Notes: generated from the sequence alone by a model not told the origin. Positions 37,327 through 50,655 are shown, numbered from the whole stretch's first letter. The stretch: DNA of 63,208 nucleotides, filler included, from Reclinomonas americana ATCC 50394 (GCA_048213135.1; 7 parts of 4 records of this genome joined end to end with filler, not necessarily neighbours in it); one strand, 5' to 3'. Translations and numbers: made by a program.

Positions 37327-39944
37327 ATGCTACATGTGAAACAAAAAAAGGACATTGTGGAGATCACGGGCGCTGCGGTGCGCGTGTCGGGCGACAGTGC
37401 ACCGGATTTTGACGAGTGTGCGTTTGAGTTGGTGCTGGAGAGCAGCAATCGAGCGGTGTTTGTCAAGCTTCAGCATGGGAGCACGAATAGTGTGCTCAGC
37501 TCGGTGTCGCTGAGTGAGCCGAGTGTTGTCGCCACCACGGGTAAGCGGCGTCTCGATGCCACGGAAGGTGCGTGCTGTGTGTGTGAGGCATTGTGCTTGT
37601 GTGTGTGTGTTTTTGCTGCTCACTGCATCGTGTAGCCCTTCTATCGGAGCTGGCCAGTGGTGAGGGAAGGAAGCGGAAGCGACAAAAGCTGGCGACGGCG
37701 CCTGCCGATGATTCTGACTTGTGGACTGTCGATCGCATCATTCGTGGAGTGGTGAGTGTGACGCAGAACCGCGATTCCCGGGAATGCTCTCTTTTTCATG
37801 CGTGGTGCAGACGGAGCGCGCACATTCTGTTCCCGAGATCAATTTGTATGCGGTGGTGTCGGATGTGGTGTTCCCGCGACTCACCAGCACCGGCAGTGCG
37901 TCTTTCAACTCGGTGACCGTGGTCGACTCGTCTTGCGACTCGGCGGCACCCATGAAGCGAGTGGAGTTTGTGTTTTTCGCTCAGAATCGACAGCCTCTCT
38001 GCCGCGTTGGCGATGTCTTGCGCGTGCGCCGAGCTGAGGTGTGTGCTGTCCACTCTCCCATGAATGCCGTGACTCTCACCTCCTCCTCCTCCTCCTCGCA
38101 GGCGAGTCGCTTCAGGGGGACGGTGCAACTAAAGACGTACGGTTCTCCGTCTGTCACCAAGTGGGTCTTCATGCCGTACGAGCTCGCCGTGTCAGACGAA
38201 GAGCTCGATCCGATGACGTATCCCGAGGCCCGCAACGTGACCGCGTCAGATCGCGAGAAGTTCCGGGCCACGGCCCTGTGGGGGCGCAAGGCTCTCAGTG
38301 CCCACCCATGTTGCGTCTCTCTCTTTCTCTCTTTATCGTGCGCGTGCCACTCAACCCTTGGGGTTTCTTCGCGCAGACATGGATCGACAGTACCTGCGGC
38401 CGCTGAGCATGCTGCAGACGGTGTCCTTTGGCGACGTGATCGGCTTGGTGGCCGACATTAGCAGCTCACCGGGAAGCACGATCGTGTATCTGTGTGACGG
38501 GACCGAGAAGGTGCAACCGGGAGTCTCACAGCTGCAATTGCCCGCCAATCCACGTCTCGGCGGCCAGCCGTTTGTTTTGGCGTGCGTACTCCTCTGCTTG
38601 CAATCTGTACTTGCCCGCCGCCTCACCTCTGTCTCTTTTGCGCAGTGTATATCATTCGCCAATGAAGGAGTACGCGGCGTCGTTGCAGCTGCAGCAAGTG
38701 GTACGGGACTATGATTTTCGCACACTGGCAATGTTGGTTGATGACCGTGGGATTGCCTGCAGGTCAAGGTGCGCAACGTCAAGTTCTCGGACCTGTCGCC
38801 ACACATGCGAGCTCAGGATCGTTCCTCGATTGTGCCCGTGCCCGACTGGCACGTGGAGTCTCGTCGTGTGTTTGAGTTGCGCATGCCACCCGCATCGTTG
38901 TTGTTGCTCGTTTCACTCACATGGATCCACCAGCGAGGTGCGAGTGTGGCGCGCGAGGAGACTACAGGAGGTGGGTGACGAATGTACGCACCGTCGCTCT
39001 CATTTCGTGCTGGCACTCACCAAGTTGTCTGCAGATTGCTCAGCAGCAAGCCCCGGCCCCTGTCCCCGCCCCAGCTCCTGCCGCCGCCTCCGCCGCCGTC
39101 GACTCACCCATCTCCGCTGCGCCAGTGGCCGACGCACCAGCGCGTGTGATGCCTCTGCCGCCGCTGACGGGCTCGTTTGAGATGAGCCGCATCCAGAACC
39201 CGCTGACGAGTTTCGCTTCTCCCATGTTGTTGGTGTCGCTGTGCCGTACCTTTCCTTATACCGTGCGCAGCTGTATCCGCGTCCACGCCGCACACGTGCA
39301 CCATGCGGGAGGTGCTGTGGAATGCACAGACACCCAACAAGTTCCTCTGTCACTGCCTCATTGTCGACTGGTACCCGCGATCTCTCGACGAGTGCATTCT
39401 GTCGGCATGCCCCGCTTCGTTGGCACAGTTGCGTGCATTGCGCATGTCGACACGCCTCTGCTGTCGCTTTTTTTGCTGACGTACGCGCGTGCTTCTGTGC
39501 AGTGAGCTGGAGGCCGGAGGTGAAAGTGGCACCATGCGCTGCCGCGAGTGCGGCGAGGTGGAGCTGTGTCGCGAGTTTGTGCTGCAGCTGAGATTAGAGG
39601 ACAGCTCGTCTGGGGTGTGGGCGTACGTGGCCGGCAAGGAGGCCGCACGCTTCTTTGGTCTGCCCCTGTCGACGCTGGTGGCTGCCGACGGCGGCCCTCT
39701 GCGGAAGAAACTGGAGCAGCGGCTGCAGCGCGTCGTCAAGTCCAAGCAAAAGTGCAATGTGTGCCTCCAGTCGTACTTGCGCCTCGCCGACGCCGGACAG
39801 ACGCACGAGCGCAACAAACCCGACTGCAAGCGCTTCCAGGTGTTTGGCACGGCGCTGACACCCGCCTCCCTGTTCCCCAGCGACGAAGACAATAGTGGCG
39901 ACGGAGACGGCGACTGTGACATGGACATCAGAACAGGAGATTGA
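37327..39944 (+). CDS. POT1: Protection of telomeres 1 (telomeric ssDNA-binding OB-fold protein)
   Basis: OB1-like INLYAVVSDVVFPRLT..VTVVDSS..VFFA..VGDVLRVRRA; C-terminal OB PNKFLCHCLIVDWYP..CRECG..FVLQLRLED..GKEAARFFG..CLQSY..RFQVFGT. Start uncertain. Confidence 0.8.
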
Positions 39945-39986
39945 AAAAGAGAAAGACCCATGCTGCGCGAATGTGTCTCAAGCCGT

Positions 39987-40888
39987 TCATGGAACTCCTC
40001 TTGCACGTGCCGATGCAGCGGCGGCGGCTGCTGCTGTTGTGTGTGCACCAGAGGACCTGCCACTGCCTGTCGTTGACGTCGCCGTCGTCGCACCCGACGA
40101 CCCAGACGCTGTCGAGTTCGCCACTGACGCCTCCGCCGACGCCGCCGCCGCCGCACCAGCCGCCTGCGCTGCTGCCGCGGTTCCTGCAGCTGCCCCCACT
40201 GCCGCCTGCACACCCGTCACCTGCTGATCCGTCACCGTCCCACCGAGTGCCGACTCCGCCGCAGCCACCTCCATGGCATCCCGCATACGATTGGCACGAT
40301 AGAATTGCCAAAAGTTGCCCTGCTGCTGGTACAAGTAGTCGCGAAAGTGCGGATTGCTGACCTCACGCCTAAAGTTCCCATCCTGCAACAGCTCCAGAAA
40401 GAACAACGAGTGCGGATAACTATGGGGCGTCATACACAGTGAGAGCATGCTTGTAAAGGCAGGCAGGCAGCAGCTGCGATGGTGGTGCGCAACATGATGA
40501 ACTTTGCATACTCTGGCTCCTTCCAGTACAACAGATAGTCGAGATAGTTGAGGAACTCTTCTTTTTCAAAGTATCCCTGTCCAGCGAGCCCTGTGCACAG
40601 ACGCAAAGTGAGTGAGCGTGAGAGAGCGAGAGAGGGCAGTGAGATGAGTGCTTGTGCTTGTGTGTGTGTGTGTGTGCACACTCAACAATGCAAGTACACA
40701 GGATTTGCCAGCCACTGCAGGAACTCCAGTTCCATCTCAAAGCGGATCTTGTCTCGTGCAAGCGCCACCTCCTCCTCGTCTTCAGGTGCAGACGCAGCAA
40801 CACTAAAGCACACAAAACAGAGTGAGCAAGAGAGAGAGAGAGACAGAGAGGCACACACACGCACACACACACACCGCTTTCTTTGCAT
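39987..40888 (-). CDS. MED31: Mediator subunit 31 (SOH1)
   Basis: RFEMELEFLQWLANPVYLH|LAGQGYFEKEEFLNYLDYLLYWKEPEYAKFIM|YPHSLFFLELLQDGNFR; Ala-rich tail. Confidence 0.95.
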
Positions 40889-40971
40889 GTGATAAGTAAA
40901 GATTGACAAGTTGGTTGATCGACTGGTCTCTCAACACCCTTCTCTCTCTTCTTGTCTCTCTCTGTGTGTGC

Positions 40972-42431
40972 ATGTTTCGTCGTCGAGCAGCGGTCACTGA
41001 GCACGCGAGCATTGCCTCGTGGAGCACGCTCTTTGCTGAGCTTGATGTCGCGCGAGGCAGACAAGTGCTCCCGCCAAAACAGGTCTCTCACTCTGCCTCT
41101 CATGTGCTCTCTGTGCCTTGCTGACACTCTCTCTGTGCTGTGTTACAGGACCCACTCAAGCGTTTCGTGCGTTTCCCGGTCAACGAGTTGCGTTTGACTG
41201 TGTGTGTGTTTACACAAGACCTTTTTTTTTTATTGTGCTCACACATGGCGTGCATCACAGGCGACACAATGGCATTGTGAAGGCCTGTCAGAGAGGACCA
41301 GTGAGCATTCTTCACATGCATGTGTGACTGACAATAGTCTGTGTGTGCAGATTTGGTCGGGGGATATGACTCGTCTCGCAGTCGATGCCATTGTCAATGC
41401 GGCGAACCACTCGTTGTTGGGCGGAGGAGGCATTGATGGAGCTATACACTCGTTTCGCATGTGTCTTGTGTCTCTCATGCGTGCGTGTGTGACTGACTGC
41501 GAGCGACTGACAGTGCGGCGGGATCGGGACTGGTGGCCGAGTGTCGTCGACTTGGAGGGTGCGAGACTGGCGATTGCAAGATCACGGGCGGGCATGCGTT
41601 GCCGGCCAAGCATGTGCTGCACACTGTGGGACCCATCTGTGAGTCCCCTTGTCTACTCTTGTGTCTTGGCCTTCTCTGCTGAACGCGATGTGTGCAGGCC
41701 GTGGAAGCAATCGACGGTGCGTCGAGGGCGGATCGGACTATGCCGATCTCGCGTCGTGCTATCGCCGATGCCTGGCGGTGGCCAAGGAGAACGACCTGCA
41801 CTCGGTGTGCTTTTGCTGCGTCAGCACCGGCATCTACGGTCAGCACTCCTCTCTCGTCTTGTTGGCAGTCTTTCACTGCTATTGTCCTCTCCCTCTCTCT
41901 CCCTCTCTCTCTCTCTTCCCTCCCTGCGTGTACTTTCCCCGTCTCACAATCCGCGCAGGGTACCCACCGGACTTGGCCGTGCACTGCGCACTGCGGACGG
42001 TGCGCGAGTGGCTCGACGCCGACGAATCACGAGCGGCGCAGTTCGAGTCCATTATCTTTTGCACGTTCCTCGCCAGCGACGAGCGCCTCTACCACGAGTG
42101 GGCTCCCTACTACTTTCCCGTGATCCCCGTCGAGGAGGTGGCAGTGGAGCCGGCGGCTGCCGCACTGGCCGCCGCCTCTGCAGTCGAGGAGTTCCCGCCG
42201 ACGCCCATGCCAGGCGACAACAGCCCGGGCGCGTTTGGTGACGACGACGACGACGGAGCCGCTGCTGCTGCTGCTGCTGCATCCGGCTTCACCGCCGCCG
42301 ATGTCGACATGGACGGCGAGGAAGACGAGGAGATGGAGGAGCTGGCACGGATCCACGTCCCGCAACGTCCGCTCTCACCGCCGTCACCGCCGCCTCCACC
42401 GCCACCGGCCGCGCCACCAGCCGACGAGTAA
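40972..42431 (+). CDS. Macrodomain protein, MacroD1/D2-type ADP-ribosyl hydrolase
   Basis: [76 protein letters not shown]. Confidence 0.93.
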
Positions 42432-42547
42432 CGCACAACACAACGATATGACGAAGAAGGAGGAGGAAGAAGACGCTCATGATATGACACTGGTCATAAA
42501 CGAACGATGATTGCTGTCCTCCCTCCCTCCAATCTTCGACCCTGACC

Positions 42548-45500
42548 ATGGACGAGGGAGACGATGGTGAAGGCGACAGTGCTGGTGGCAGCAGCAGCGA
42601 CGCACCTCCACGCCGCTCCTCGCCACCGCGTCGCCGCAGCATCCTCGCCGCCTCTCCCCCTTCCACACGCACGACTCCACACACTCCTCGCACACGCGCA
42701 CGCCGCGTCGACGTCATCGACGGCCTCCTCATTCACGGCTCTCTCTCCGCCTCCTCTGTCTCCTCCTCCACCTCAACCTCCTCTACAACCACCATTATGC
42801 GTCCACGTCGATCCACTCTCAAATCCGCCTCCGCCTCCGCCGCAGTCAATCGCTCGCTGACATTCACTGACCAGCGCATTGTGCATTACTCGCCTGCTTC
42901 GGCGGCTGCGGCGGCTGCAGCTGCGGTTAGTGCCTCACCTGCGTCGCCTTTAAGTGCGTGGTCGCGATACTTGCTGGCCTCCTCTGTCGAGTCAGAATCG
43001 GGACATGCACCGGTTGGTCGCGTTCTCTCTGTCTCTCTGCGCGCGATCGTTCTCTTTTGCTCAGTTGGAGCTTGTAGGATCTATTGGTCAAGGTGTTTGC
43101 GGAGAGCGAGCGTGCGATGTTTGAGCAGGAGCATAGGGCGCTGTTGGAGCTCAATGATCGCATTCCTCATCGTGTTGTGGTTCGTGCTGCTGTTGATTCT
43201 GTCGCTGTGGGGAAGCACTGTTGTGAAAAAGAAGGTGAGTGCAGCGATTGCACGAGGCGCGGACGTCGCTTGGGCAGGCGTCGAGTGGGCTGGTGCTGGC
43301 GAGACCGGTGTGTTCGTTGGCTGAGCGCGTAAAATCACTGGCCGCCAACAGGTGAGCTCAACGAGAAGCGAGTGAGCGACGGAGCGGCGAGGCTCTTACG
43401 TCGATGCGCGCAGTTCGGGCCCGGAGCTGCACAGATTACGACGCACGCTGGTCGCCGATATGTTTGCTTGTGTGGCGGTGAGTGTCGAGCTGTCGTTGTT
43501 GTCGCTGCGATGCTTATGGATGTCGTTGGTCGGTAGGAACTGCATGAGACGACGCCGTTTGTGTGGCTCCACTGTGACCTCGATAGTTTTGCGTTCTTCA
43601 CCGATGTGGAGGAGGGCGGCGAGAGGCTCGGCATGATCAATTTTGAGCAGGCTCTTGAGCGCGGTGAGTGTTCCCACGATCGTCCAGCGGTGATGCCAAT
43701 TCACTCACTCCACTGGCGCAGGGCAAGCGCTGCCTGTGGCGGAGCGCGTCTCCGAGTGCACTCCACCCGAGCTTGTCTGCAGCAGTGCCTTTCGTGCGTC
43801 GTGTTGTTGTTTGTTTGCGTGCCCTCTTTCCACAGCTGAAATCGTTCCGCTGTCCTTTCTCTTGAAGACATCCGAATGGCGGCGCCGTCGGCCGATGTGT
43901 GGAGCCTCGGTCTGTGCGCCCTGAAAGTGTTGTGTGGATCCTCCTGGTTCTCGAGTGGTACACTGACGGCGACGCGAGTTGTGTCTCGAGTCTGCTTCAC
44001 GCCTCACTGCCTGCTTGCTCACCTCCGCTTGCGCACCGTGCAGGTCGACGTTGTCGCAGTTCTGCGTGATCGTGACTCCATTGCCGCGGTTCGTGTGTGC
44101 TACTGCAGTTGGCAGTGACTGAGGTGCCTTGCTCGCTCACTCACTTCCATGCAGCTCTTCTCGAAAAACAACCTGCGCACTCGCTACGGCTTGACTGTGG
44201 ACGAATCGACGCTGCTCTCCAGGATGCTGTGGTGCGACTTTCATCCTCCCGTTTCTCTTGTTTGTGTTGCTGCCGATGCATGACTGTTGTGGTGGTGTGC
44301 AGCTTTGATCCCGCAGAACGGCAGCCGTTGCAGAGACTACGCGACACGGAGGCCTTTTTCCGAGGTTCCGTTCCCGTGTGCGTCAAACAAGATGCGTCAA
44401 TGCACTCATCCTCCTCGTACAGATGTCGGACCCACGCCAGTTCCCCGTCTTGTGTATGTTTCTCTCCCCCTGCGTAGCTGTCGCCTTGCGTGTAATCTCA
44501 CTACCGTGCTGCATGCAGTCGACCGGCAAGTGGCCTGCCTGTGAGCTCGCCGAGTCGACCCCGCCGACGTCCGGTGGTGGCGGACTCGTTGCGCGACGAA
44601 CTGCGATTTCTCAGCTTGCAGGCAGCCGCCGCAGCGCAATGCTTCCCGTCGCTGTGTTTGCTGCTGCCGCCGGATCGTACGACGTGGTACAATCGGCCAA
44701 AGAACTCGTTGGTTTCCACACAGGGCTTGGTCAGTCATTGCACTCCCCTTCCCCGGGCGCTCATCATTCTGGTCACTCATGCGCGTGGCCGTGCAGCGTG
44801 CGCATTTCTTGTGCGAATTCCAGCTGGCGCAGTTGCCGAGGGGCATGAACAGTCCACCGCTGGTTCGGCCCACCGACCTCGCTGGTATCACTGTGGATGA
44901 TGAGGTTTGTCACTGTGCAGATGTGTGGTAGACGCTGTCTCGATTGCGCGTCGTTGATTTACCGGCTGTGGGCAGTTGATTGTGCCGCTGTGGCATCCCA
45001 CTGCGCACGAGGGACTGGATGTTGCCATGGACAGCGTCAAGCTGCGCACACTGAGACCACTTTTCAACGGAACTCTGCGGGTATGCGTTTTGGCAGACCA
45101 CAGCCTCGTCACCATCGTCGTAGATTGACTTTTGTGGTGCGTGCAGACATTGTGTGCGGTTGGCGCTCGGCACTGCTCGTGTGGATTTCCCACGGAGGAC
45201 AGTGAGCTTATTGCGGATCTGGCTGCGGAGACGTACTTGACTCTGGCAGGAGAGTGCGGTGTGGATGTCGGCATGGTGGATCCGCGTGACGAGTCACACC
45301 ACGCAGCGGTGTTGAATCGGAGGTGTGCATTACTATGGGTAGGAAGTGGCTCTCCCTTATGGTCTCATGTTTCTCTTTCTTTCTCGTGCGGCAGCGGTGA
45401 GGCACCCATTGACGTGCTGGACGCGGCCGTGGAGGACAGTGTCTCTGTGGTGCCGAGTACCGCACAGCCGCAGCGCTTGCCGCAGTTTCGTGACGCAGCT

Positions 45501-46686
45501 GACAAACCCCATCACATACACGCAGCTAACCTCCCGCTGCAGAGACTCACTCGCCGCCGTGGTCGATACGCTCGGCCTGTCGGCCGCCAATGTCGGAGCA
45601 CCGATAGCGGGACTCAGACCAGTGCTGATCGCGCGCCCAGGTGAGCGTCTGCCCGCCCTCCGTCGTCTCACGAAGCTGCTTCCTCATGCCAGTCGCCACA
45701 GGGTGTCCGGCCGGAACCACTGGCGAAGTGCTGTGGTGTTGCGACGATCACGCTGCGCTCATCGGTTTGTGTGTGTGAAGCGGTCACGCACGTGAGATAT
45801 CCCTCTCCTCATACCGTCTCCCTTCCCTCTGATAGACTCGTGGAACTCGGAGCGTGGAATCGAGGAGCACCGCTTCTTTGAGCACGCCTTCGAGGTTGCC
45901 GGGTGCGGAAATCGCTTTCGTATCGCCGTTACCGCCGCAGAGATTGCCAAGGCATCGCTCGCGGCACGTCAGTCAGAGTTGCGTCACGCGAGCGGTGCAT
46001 CCCTCTCTTTCGATAGCAGCGTGCTCACTCGCGCGATGCCAGAATGGTGGCGACCGACACGCCGATTGCACTCGAACTGCCGCATCCGCACATCTCACCG
46101 TACCCGTCCGAGGGCGGCAAGCGGGAGCGCGCGGCGTGGAATCTCATCTATGGGCCAGAGTGGGACGAGAACCGTGCGTACGTGATCAGCCATTGTGTGA
46201 CAGGGTGGGTGGTGAAGCGAGGCCACCGATTCAAAACCTGGCGCCGCCGCTTTGCCGTGCTCCAAGGAACTTCCTTTAAATATTACAAGGTACGCACCGC
46301 CCGTCGCTCTGCACCTCGGCTCCGCACACCGACCGACACACTGTGATTGTATGCTTCTTTTGCAGGACAAGGAGCGCTGGCAAACTGGCGGCAAGCCGAG
46401 TGGATCGGTGGAGGTAACCGAAGAGACGAGCGTTCGGGTGAGTGGAGCGAGAAAGCAAGTCTCTTGCTTATTTCATCGCCTCCTCAACGTGGTGTGCCAG
46501 GTGGACGACGGCGAATTCGCCGACATGGGCAACCTGCAGTGGCCTCTCGCCGTCGATCTGTTCCAAGAGGACACCGGTCGCCTAAAAATCTACTACTTCC
46601 AGCTGAGCAGCGCCATTGAGAGGCGACACTGGCTCGACTGGTTCGCCGCCAGTGCCGAGTACGCAGCCTGGGTGCGCAGCACATAA
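42548..46686 (+). CDS. Multi-exon protein with a degenerate kinase-like domain and C-terminal PH domain
   Basis: PH: GWVVKRGHRFKTWRRRFAVLQGTSFKYYK..PSGSV..ERRHWLDW. Kinase remnants: VKVF..FEQEHRAL, WLHCDL, INFEQA, ADVWSLGL, DPAERQP. Single-gene continuity not certain. Confidence 0.6.
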
Positions 46687-48214
46687 ATGCACACGGATAA
46701 TTGTTTAATTCATTTGCCCCCATCCGCTGCATCGCCACCATCATCCACTGCACAGTATCACATTCTGGACCCGGAACCAGCACCATTCACACTTGTCGCC
46801 CCCGCCGCTGACATTGCTGTCAGCGGTGTGGCAGGAATCGATGCCGCAGCTATCGTCCCTGGTGACGCGGCAACCGACACGCCAAACGAGATTAACGAGC
46901 TGCCGAGGTGCTTGTAGAACTGATACACTTTCCATCTGCACGGCGTGAATGACACACCTGCAAAACCGAACACTGCAATGCACTCACTCCACGCAACTGC
47001 GCTCGTTGCAAGTAGCAAATGTAATCGAGCCCTTGCCAGTTGACATACCTGTGATCGGTCGCGCGCGCATCGTCAAGACCTGTCACGCACGAAACAGANN
47101 NNNNNNNNNNNNNNNNNNNNNNNNNNNNNNNNNNNNNNNNNNNNNNNNNNNNNNNNNNNNNNNNNNNNNNNNNNNNNNNNNNNNNNNNNNNNNNNNNNNN
47201 NNNNNNNNNNNNNNNNNNNNNNNNNNNNNNNNNNNNNNNNNNNNNNNNNNNNNNNNNNNNNNNNNNNNNNNNNNNNNNNNNNNNNNNNNNNNNNNNNNNN
47301 NNNNNNNNNNNNNNNNNNNNNNNNNNNNNNNNNNNNNNNNNNNNNNNNNNNNNNNNNNNNNNNNNNNNNNNNNNNNNNNNNNNNNNNNNNNNNNNNNNNN
47401 NNNNNNNNNNNNNNNNNNNNNNNNNNNNNNNNNNNNNNNNNNNNNNNNNNNNNNNNNNNNNNNNNNNNNNNNNNNNNNNNNNNNNNNNNNNNNNNNNNNN
47501 NNNNNNNNNNNNNNNNNNNNNNNNNNNNNNNNNNNNNNNNNNNNNNNNNNNNNNNNNNNNNNNNNNNNNNNNNNNNNNNNNNNNNNNNNNNNNNNNNNNN
47601 NNNNNNNNNNNNNNNNNNNNNNNNNNNNNNNNNNNNNNNNNNNNNNNNNNNNNNNNNNNNNNNNNNNNNNNNNNNNNNNNNNNNNNNNNNNNNNNNNNNN
47701 NNNNNNNNNNNNNNNNNNNNNNNNNNNNNNNNNNNNNNNNNNNNNNNNNNNNNNNNNNNNNNNNNNNNNNNNNNNNNNNNNNNNNNNNNNNNNNNNNNNN
47801 NNNNNNNNNNNNNNNNNNNNNNNNNNNNNNNNNNNNNNNNNNNNNNNNNNNNNNNNNNNNNNNNNNNNNNNNNNNNNNNNNNNNNNNNNNNNNNNNNNNN
47901 NNNNNNNNNNNNNNNNNNNNNNNNNNNNNNNNNNNNNNNNNNNNNNNNNNNNNNNNNNNNNNNNNNNNNNNNNNNNNNNNNNNNNNNNNNNNNNNNNNNN
48001 NNNNNNNNNNNNNNNNNNNNNNNNNNNNNNNNNNNNNNNNNNNNNNNNNNNNNNNNNNNNNNNNNNNNNNNNNNNNNNNNNNNGTGGAGTCGCGAGTGGT
48101 CGGTGCCTTGCACAACTACGCAGCAAAGAACTTGCGCAAGACACTCTAGTGCGTTGCGCTGCTGCTGCTGCTTACCTCACTCTGTGCTTTCTGTCTCGCT
48201 GATGCTTTCGGGCG

Positions 48215-48334
48215 ATGAGTAGTTCCATCATTGTCGACTGGATCCTTGGTATCTTCTATGCGCTGTCGTCGTTGGCGGTGTTGGCGTGGGCGGCCTCGTA
48301 TGGATTGGATCCCACAGTGACCACGACCACGTCG
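48215..48334 (+). CDS. First exon with N-terminal transmembrane segment; possibly the CANT1 type-II anchor
   Basis: MSSSIIVDWILGIFYALSSLAVLAWAASYG followed by a GTGAGT donor; its link to the apyrase is inferred. Confidence 0.45.
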
Positions 48335-48594
48335 GTGAGTGCTGTGTCGATGTGTGACAGGCGAGTGATCTCGCCTCATTGTGATAGCAGGTGGTCATGT
48401 CGCAAGTCGTGTCTGTGCCCATGTGGTGAGTTGTCTGTCTGTCTGTCTGNNNNNNNNNNNNNNNNNNNNNNNNNNNNNNNNNNNNNNNNNNNNNNNNNNN
48501 NNNNNNNNNNNNNNNNNNNNNNNNNNNNNNNNNNNNNNNNNNNNNNNNNNNNNNNNNNNNNNNNNNNNNNNACACACACATGTAACATGCACAG

Positions 48595-48721
48595 TGAGGA
48601 GGACGAGCAGGAGAACCAGGAATCCTTCCTCAGCGTGCTCGACGTCACCGGCCCCGGTCGCGTTGTCATGGAGGACGTGCCAGTCGGGCACATGAAGTAC
48701 GAGGGCCTCGAGTTTTTGTGA
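48595..48721 (+). CDS. CANT1: C-terminal exon of CANT1-type apyrase
   Basis: SEEDEQENQESFLSVLDVTG..KYEGLEFL* matches the family C-terminus (KYEGIEFI). Confidence 0.8.
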
Positions 48722-48789
48722 GAGTGAACAACGAACAACTTAGTGTGAAAGAGAGAGAGAGAGCGAGCAACACAGCAGCAGCAGCAACC

Positions 48790-49273
48790 ATGTTCAAAGG
48801 CGCTCGTCGCATGTCGCTCATGCGAATTCCCGGTCACGAGTTGACCGATCTCGACATTCCTCTGCTCGAGCTCGACACTGACTCCACAGGTAGGAGACAG
48901 ACAGAGTGAGAGACTGAGAGAGATGGTGTGTTCAGTTAGAAGACTCACCAAATTTTCTCGCGCGCACACACACACTCTCTTTGCAGGTCTGACGCCCACT
49001 GTCGGCTCCAACACCGCCCTCGTGCGCATCCGCAACTACGACGATCTCTTCCTCGACACAGACGCATTCGCGCCCATTGAAACGCGTGTCATTAGCGAGG
49101 ATGTTGCGCGCGCAATCACTGAGCTCACTCAGTCAACGCAGTCACTAGCTCATGTTCGTTTCACACACATGCAGGTGATCTTCCGCATCAAGCGACACGA
49201 TATGGCCGCGCATAAGCGAGGAGCACTGGCGATTATGTTCATGCTGCCAGCTGCGTATCCTCGCGATCGACAT
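48790..49273 (+). CDS. Hypothetical protein, 5' exons
   Basis: MFKGARRMSL..|..VRIRNYDDLFLDTDAFAPIETRVISED|VIFRIKRH; two GT-AG introns; ends at gap. Confidence 0.5.
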
Positions 49274-49599
49274 NNNNNNNNNNNNNNNNNNNNNNNNNNN
49301 NNNNNNNNNNNNNNNNNNNNNNNNNNNNNNNNNNNNNNNNNNNNNNNNNNNNNNNNNNNNNNNNNNNNNNNNNNNNNNNNNNNNNNNNNNNNNNNNNNNN
49401 NNNNNNNNNNNNNNNNNNNNNNNNNNNNNNNNNNNNNNNNNNNNNNNNNNNNNNNNNNNNNNNNNNNNNNNNNNNNNNNNNNNNNNNNNNNNNNNNNNNN
49501 NNNNNNNNNNNNNNNNNNNNNNNNNNNNNNNNNNNNNNNNNNACGTCAGCATCCGCTGCGTGCGAGACGATGCAGAGAAAGCGGGCGCGACGAGGGGAC

Positions 49600-50655
49600 C
49601 TTTTGATGAGAAGCACCCAGTCGGGTCGATTGGGGAGGAACTTGCAGGAGGAGAAGCCGCGACGGGGAACCACCGAGCCAACGTGTTGCACGTTGATCTT
49701 CTTGAAGCTTTCGTCGGTGGAGAGCACCACGTTGGAGCCCTGGTGACAATCGCTCATGAGAATCGTGACAACGAACAGCTTGTGTCTCTCTTGTGAAGCG
49801 TACCTTTTCCAGATCAGTCTCCTCGGTGTAGGGGTCGGTGGAGACTCGCCGAGGGAAAAAGTACCACTGCCGACGATGTGGATTCCAGCATACTAACGCA
49901 ACAAGAATGAGGCACACGCGAGCGAGAGAAAGTCGACCAAGAGCAACGTGCGCGTTACCGGCTTCGTGAATCATGTATCCCGGCCGACTGGTGCCGGTGG
50001 CCTCGCGTAGTCTGTCGTAGATGCTGATCCAGTTGTGGTGTTGCACGCGGCCGTGCGCGTTGACCGACTTGGTCCACATGAGACCGGTGGATGTCACCGC
50101 ACCGGTCTTTGCGTCAATGTACTCCTTGCCTTGCGAGCCGACGATCAGCTCGCCGTCTTTGACAGACGCCCATTCTATCTTGAAACCCTGCGAACAAGTA
50201 ATGTACACGTTAGCGACCACGCACGCACACTGTGCTTGCTTGACTATTTTGTCGCACCTTTGACTGATGGCCGTCACCGTCGGCCAACACATACCGCGGC
50301 ACGGCAACCACACTCTTGACGTGCCCATCCGTGGTGCGCTTCTGCACCAAGTCGAACAGAATACCCGTGCGATCGTCGCCGGCCAGCAGCTCTCCGCGAT
50401 ACCACGCCAACTCGGACAACTCCATGCCGCGCCCGGCCTCGTTGTGTTCACTCAAAACCGGCACCTTGCAGCACACAAAGAAAACGTCAGCAACAGCAGC
50501 AAAGCGCAACATACACGGTGGGGAGTCGGGGCATGCGGCCGTACCTCGCCATCCTCGTTCAGTGGCACCCATCGAATGGCAGGCGGCGATTGCGCCAGAT
50601 CCAAGAATCCGTACTTGAGCATTGATCGGAATCGTCTCCGTTTCTCATCCTGCAC
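49600..50655 (-). CDS. CANT1: Calcium-activated nucleotidase/apyrase, central exons (gap-bounded contig)
   Basis: GRGMELSEL, DDRTGI, LADGDG..K|GFKIEWASVKD, VGSQGKE, PGYMIHEA, WYFFPRRVS, RGFSSCKFLP. Confidence 0.93.

Noticed and set aside
46758..47098. Possible 3' exons of a minus-strand gene before a gap
   Set aside because: Frame and identity cannot be established.
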